Assembly (NCBI GenBank): GCA_949358305.1 | Contig: OX442314.1 | Span: forward strand, 22,630,001-22,694,000 | DNA length: 64,000 bases | Origin: Strigamia acuminata | Taxonomy: Eukaryota | Reading direction: 5' to 3' | Shown here: one piece after another, positions 59,501 to 64,000 of the stretch | Position numbering within the stretch: the first letter of the stretch is position 1 | How the letters are laid out: every line of letters starts with the position of its first letter | Program-made: the position numbers and the translations under genes | Notes under the pieces: generated by a model | The model's input: the letters and a program-made list of their open reading frames with translations, nothing else | Database searches by the model: none | What the model was told of the DNA's origin: nothing

Positions 59501-61279
59501 AGAGAATCATATGGGAGTTGTAGAAAACATCTAATCAAATTGTGCACTCCATGCACACAGACACACAAACCGCAGTTTTAGTTAATTTAATGAAATGTCA
59601 CACCGATACGTTGTAGCAACGCGGATCGATAAAACTAAGACCGGGGAAAAAAATGGATGCGCTTAAAGCTCACAGTGGGGTTCAACGAGGTTAAATGCTT
59701 GCGCAATAAAAATTTTATGATAAAATAAATTCGACCATCCGTACTACTGATGTTACAGACAAGAGGACATGCAGCCCATTTAAGGTCGCGCCAAAAGGGT
59801 CACTTGACCATGTAAATTTACGACTCAACGTGGCCTACACCTCGCCACCGATAAGAAAATTTAAAGTCTGCAACAAACTGTATGTTCGTCGGACAAACTC
59901 GCGCATTTCTCCTTCCCCCACTTCTTCTTTTTGCACATGAAAATCTTGAGAGGACTTTTTCTTTGATGAGAAAAGAAGGTTCAAGTTGAGGTAGCCTTGG
60001 GCGTGCGATATGAAGTATAATTTGCCTATCTCGCGATGAACTCATTTACATTACAAGTGCATTGCGACAAAAGGAGAAAAAAAAATGGGGGGAAATGTCT
60101 TTACTTTTGATTGAAACTTGCAAGCCCAAAATGAAAACCATCTTGAATGAGACGCAGCCTCCAGCAAATATTCTTCAACCTAAGAGGACTACGGAGGCTC
60201 GTACAGTCGCACGGGCAATTTCTACATCAGATGATAGTGTCTTCATTTCAAAGATAACTCGAGGGAAGACGACACAAAACCCATTGCAAAGTCAATCACG
60301 AGATGAGATGCGATAGATTAACAAAAAGAAAAGAAAAAAGAAAAAGAAAATTCCACAAAACTCGTCAAAACTATCCAATTCTTGACCAAATAATTACAAT
60401 ATCTTAAGGATGTAATTTTCTAATTCAAGTCGCATTAAACAAGTTTGAAAATACGCAGTAATTAAAGCGCAAAGTAATTCGGCCCAAAACGAACATTGCA
60501 TGTGTTTTGTTTCATCCCGCAGTCGTAAAATGGATGTAAGTACGTGCTGAAATATTCTCCCAAGCTAATACATCCCGTAGTTCTCAACCGAGCCCTGGCG
60601 GTGTTACACTGCATCAGGCGCAATGCAAAGCTTCATGTTCCACTTGTGTATGCCCTTCACAAAAATATGAGAGGCTGCGAATATGAGCAAAGGCTCTTGC
60701 GCGTGATTTCGACTCAACAGCCCCCTAGTGGACAATACGTGCGGCTCAGACCATCGTCTGAGTCAAAGCGGGAAAAGGAAGGTTGGATGTAGGCGGCGAG
60801 CAGATTGCTTACATCAACCAAATCCTTTGTATTGTGTTTTCCGATTCTGCATTTATTGATTCACCAAAGTCAACTCTTTCACACCGGATCTACAACTCCC
60901 CCTAGACCCTTCTCGTGTCGTCGCGTATAGCTACCCAACAAAATAACAACTTGCACAGATTTAACTGATAGATTTTAAAAAGAAAGCGTCGACAGATAAA
61001 ACAACACCGATAAAACAACATACGTGAAGTCAAAAGTAAAATAAAAAACATGGAAATAAATTAAACCAATCAATTTCTAGATAATTTACTACTCTACGAC
61101 GAGCATTTATTTATTGCAAAAACATCGCATTTACGTATTACATATTACGGTTCTATGCAGAACAGAGTAATAAAAGTGTCACGATGGTGCCATATTGAAA
61201 TATAGCATCATCCTGTTGTGAGTAATTGCAAACCTTGTTTTTCAGCCAGAAATGAAAATACACATTTTATAAAGACTTT

Positions 61280-62451
61280 GACTGGAAAAAGAAGTAAATT
61301 TCCAAAAATTTTCAGGTTGGAAATTGATATGGAAAATTTGAATTTACCATCATGTGAAAATTTGATGGAAATATGTTGGAAATATCCACATATAACAATT
61401 ATTTTTTCAATCATTGTGAAATGACAAGTTTCCAATCAGTTTTCTTTCCGATGGAAATGTGTTGTAAATCTCTGAAATACAAACTTGTCATTTCACAATG
61501 ATTGTAAAAATAATTGTAAAAGCAAGAAAATACATGAAATTTAAATGTAACATTTAAACATCATAAATGTAACAGGAATAAGGTGAAATACAGTCAAAAA
61601 AAAAAAATTGTATCAAATTTGAACTCAGAACAGAATGTAATGCCTAAAAATGGAATATGGAATCGACCAATCAGGGCACAGGAACGAAAAAATACGTGTC
61701 TCGTCGATGAAACAAACCAACTCCCCCACTTAAAATACAATAAATATCAAATTGACTGTTTGAGAAATCAAAACCATTTAACAAAGAAGTAACTAGTACT
61801 TGTATATATGGGAAGTTATACTTTAAATTATCACAAGCCATGCTAGCCTAGTGGATAGCGCAGTGGTCTTTAAAAGTCAAGTGCACCGAGTGAGATTTTT
61901 ACATTTTTTGAAAGCGTGTAATAAAAACTAATAATCATCGAAAAAAAAAATTGTTGCAGTAATTATTTTACAGTAACAATCTAAAAACGTAGGAAACAAA
62001 AAGCAATGCATGATGGGAGCATGACGTAGTCAGTTCTAAAGTTAATTTGACCTGAATCCAGTTCTTGGATTGGATCCAAGGTGTCTGACCTCAATCAATC
62101 CATTGTTTTCGAAAGACAAGATTGATTGGAAATCCTTTAAAAAATGACATTATCATAGTTGCTATCAATGTTACACAAAAAAACAATTTTTAAACTATCA
62201 TGAAACGTTTAAAAAATTGCGAATCAAATTTTGAATCGACAGTCAGTCTGCGCATGTGCATGACTGTCTGATTCGAACTGAAGTTATTGTAAAAAAAGTC
62301 ATGGAAATGGCTTCTTTTTCCTAGATTGTAAATATGTTGAGAAAATACTAATTTTCAATTGATTGTAAATCTAATTTCCAAAGTTGTAAAATCCATCTAC
62401 CTTTATATTTACAATTCTTTACAAGTGAGTAAATCTGCTTTTTTTCCAGTG
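61280..62451. mobile_element. Possible decayed CACTG-ended (CMC/EnSpm-like) non-autonomous element
   Basis: Left (g)ACTGGAAAAA, right TTTTTCCAGTG, TT on both flanks; internal 21-bp inverted repeat at 61411-61431 / 61481-61501; TTGTAAA-rich subterminal motifs. Confidence 0.4.
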
Positions 62452-64000
62452 TTAAAGGAATAGGCATCACACCAGATATACCGTAACTTAGGTTCCCCCG
62501 GCGTACTAAATGATTAGGCGTTAATTAGAATAGATTTTTAATCGATTTTTAAACATAAAAAGTGCATTTTCCACCTTAAAATGCATTTTGGCACTTAAGA
62601 AATAGATTTATGGACTTAAAAATTGCATTTTTGCACTTTCCAGCCTCGTTGTAAAAGCTACCGCGTTCAATCCGCATTTCCGGTACATTTCTTCCCAATT
62701 AATTAAAAAAAAATCTTTTTGAGTGCTATTTATAGGTGCGACCATTGCAGTAATCCTCGGACCTGCCGCTGAACAAGCACGAACACGACGTCATTACTGC
62801 AAACACAAATTTATTCCAGTAAATAAATAAGACAGCGTAAATCCAGTAGAAATGTTTTCCTCGTTGGCAATGCACGTGACTACGGCACTACGCCAGGCCT
62901 TTTATCAGGTGTGCGCCAGGCCACAATGGCGCAATGGCCACGCAATAGTGATAAGGGCCTAATGGGTTGATTCGAAGCCGCCTCCGACACTTGCCAACGT
63001 GATCAATCGCGAGACGCACAAACAGGCGAGCGCGCTTTAATGGAGCAGCGACTCGCCAGCCAGCGCTGCTCGGTATCGATCAGCACATTCCGCTGCTATG
63101 CAAGTTGAAGTGGATTCGGGCCACTGCCAGTGCCATCATGGCGCGCGTCCACTTCTTGTCCACTTTTGATGGGGCCGTTAACTGCTCGTTTATTTCCCTT
63201 TTCAACCCCAGGGTGTAATTGCAAAAGGGTCAACTAAAACTCGTGTCCACTCTGTCATCTGTCCACGGCACGCTCGTAAAAATAAAGGTCCCTACTACTG
63301 CTACGACTACTTAAAGATCGTCCTCTCGACTCGAGACGAGCGGACTCGTAATCGACTCGCACTCACCACTCGCTCACTAATGGAACCAGAGCAAACGATA
63401 CAACTTGCTTCACACTTTTCCCAAATTTATCCGCGTCTATATCCCACACCTTAAAGTCGGCCGCGCATTCATTCATCGTTCAAACTGCAGCATTAAAATC
63501 CACATTACTCTCACAGCACTGATTATTTCACAAAAGTCGAACGACAACAAAAAACTATCTATAACATGGCAAGAACGGCTTTTGTTCGATACAATAAGCC
63601 CAACCGAGGATCCATTTTTGACAGAACGTATCAAATTTGCCAGAAAATGAGGACACTCGCTTCGCTCGCTCATCCAATTACTTTATAAAGTCGAGTTTTA
63701 ACCAGTAATAGCGAATAAGTTTTACTACCGTCGATCCAACATGTAGAAAAGTCGTAAATACGGATAAGCGCGACTGCAGACAAAGTCTGCCAAGACTTGT
63801 GCTATGAAAATATTAGCTTCTGCTCTGATTTATCCATATCATTTTACTACTTAAATTTGCAGAAGCAGAAGCAGGTCTTAGTTCTATCTTTCTTTTTTGA
63901 ACTGAATGCGATGTTGAAGTAGAAAGACGGGCCTGGTCTTGCTCGAGAAGAAGCGACAAGTGTGAAAACAATAAACAAAGAAAAATAAATAAATAAAAAG

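Noticed and set aside
61840..61900. tRNA-like A-box TAGCCTAGTGG
   Set aside because: No B-box or cloverleaf; at most a SINE relic.

Overview
AT-rich animal (invertebrate-like) genomic DNA, not prokaryotic. It holds two convergent intron-containing genes. The first is a complete 27-exon RNA polymerase I largest subunit gene (POLR1A/RPA1, + strand, 10996-23325, about 1681 aa), with 24 tiny introns of 56-74 nt, one 5.1 kb intron and one 644 bp intron. The second is the 3' eight exons of a cytosolic carboxypeptidase 6 gene (AGBL4/CCP6, - strand, 23407-55549; its 5' exons were not found and probably lie beyond the window), with a 24 kb intron and a 68-nt U12-type last intron. The region upstream of POLR1A is a transposon nest: a TA-TSD MITE, a 4 kb hAT-like shell containing a second hAT MITE and a decayed DIRS1 (RNase H/methyltransferase-like/tyrosine recombinase) fragment, and a 1.24 kb foldback element with a 9-bp TSD in the POLR1A promoter. 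The large AGBL4 intron carries a young 2.94 kb LTR element with identical 132-bp LTRs, a PBS and a PPT, encoding only Gag-protease-acidic tail (no RT/RH/IN). RFX X-box motifs cluster in the long introns, and several minisatellites are present. All calls come from reading the sequence by eye; no searches were run.
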